Shown here one piece after another: positions 63,836-64,000 of a stretch of 64,000 nt of DNA. The translations under genes and the position numbers were made by a program. Each line of letters begins with the position of its first letter. Position 1 is the first letter of the stretch. The DNA is from Paragordius varius (Eukaryota > Animalia > Nematomorpha), in contig OZ176051.1 of assembly GCA_964247055.1 (NCBI GenBank), forward strand, positions 9,920,001 to 9,984,000, read 5' to 3'. Below the pieces are notes generated by a model. It saw only the letters and a program-made list of their open reading frames with translations. It was not told where the DNA came from and made no database searches.

Positions 63836-64000
63836 GTAATTATTTGTTGATTTATAATTTTTTCAAAGTTTTTTTAAAAGGGTTTTATTATTCGCTTTAT
63901 GACCCTTTTTAATAATATAAATATATATATATTATTTTTTTTTATTAGATATTAATAAAAATTTTTATAATAATATTTTACAATTATTTTTTAAAATTAT

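Noticed and set aside
1-64000. tRNA, rRNA, snRNA or spliced-leader RNA genes; alternative genetic code
   Set aside because: No T-loop/A-box or snRNA signature was seen by eye (a covariance-model scan would be decisive). All apparent in-frame stops in host genes are explained by GT-AG introns under the standard code.

Overview
Very AT-rich metazoan nuclear DNA (roughly three-quarters A+T by eye, not computed). I reconstructed seven protein-coding genes by hand, most of which the ORF track only shows in fragments because of introns: an RZ-family RGS (-), non-muscle myosin regulatory light chain (+), a non-catalytic cholinesterase-like type I membrane protein (-), a LITAF-domain protein (+), MED22 (-), LRRC57 (-) and the 5' part of Son of sevenless (+, runs off the window). 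The most striking property is a class of ultra-short GT-AG introns: 11 introns of 21-30 nt sit alongside about 32 introns of 70 nt to 4.3 kb, with none between 31 and 69 nt. Ten of the 11 lie within ~550 nt of a start codon, and all five whose length is a multiple of 3 carry an in-frame stop. Introns this short are known in animals mainly from reduced parasites such as dicyemids; the organism cannot be identified from sequence alone. Intergenic DNA and long introns are full of mobile elements. These include two copies of a non-autonomous Helitron-like element whose body is a higher-order tandem array that repeats the 5' terminus, a Buster/SPIN hAT inserted into one of those termini, and a full-length frameshifted RTE-type LINE with a PHD finger inside its RT, nested in a MITE within a SOS intron. 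There is also a decayed Gypsy pol and several MITE families. I found no tRNA, rRNA, snRNA or CRISPR. All exon coordinates are manual and lack transcript support.
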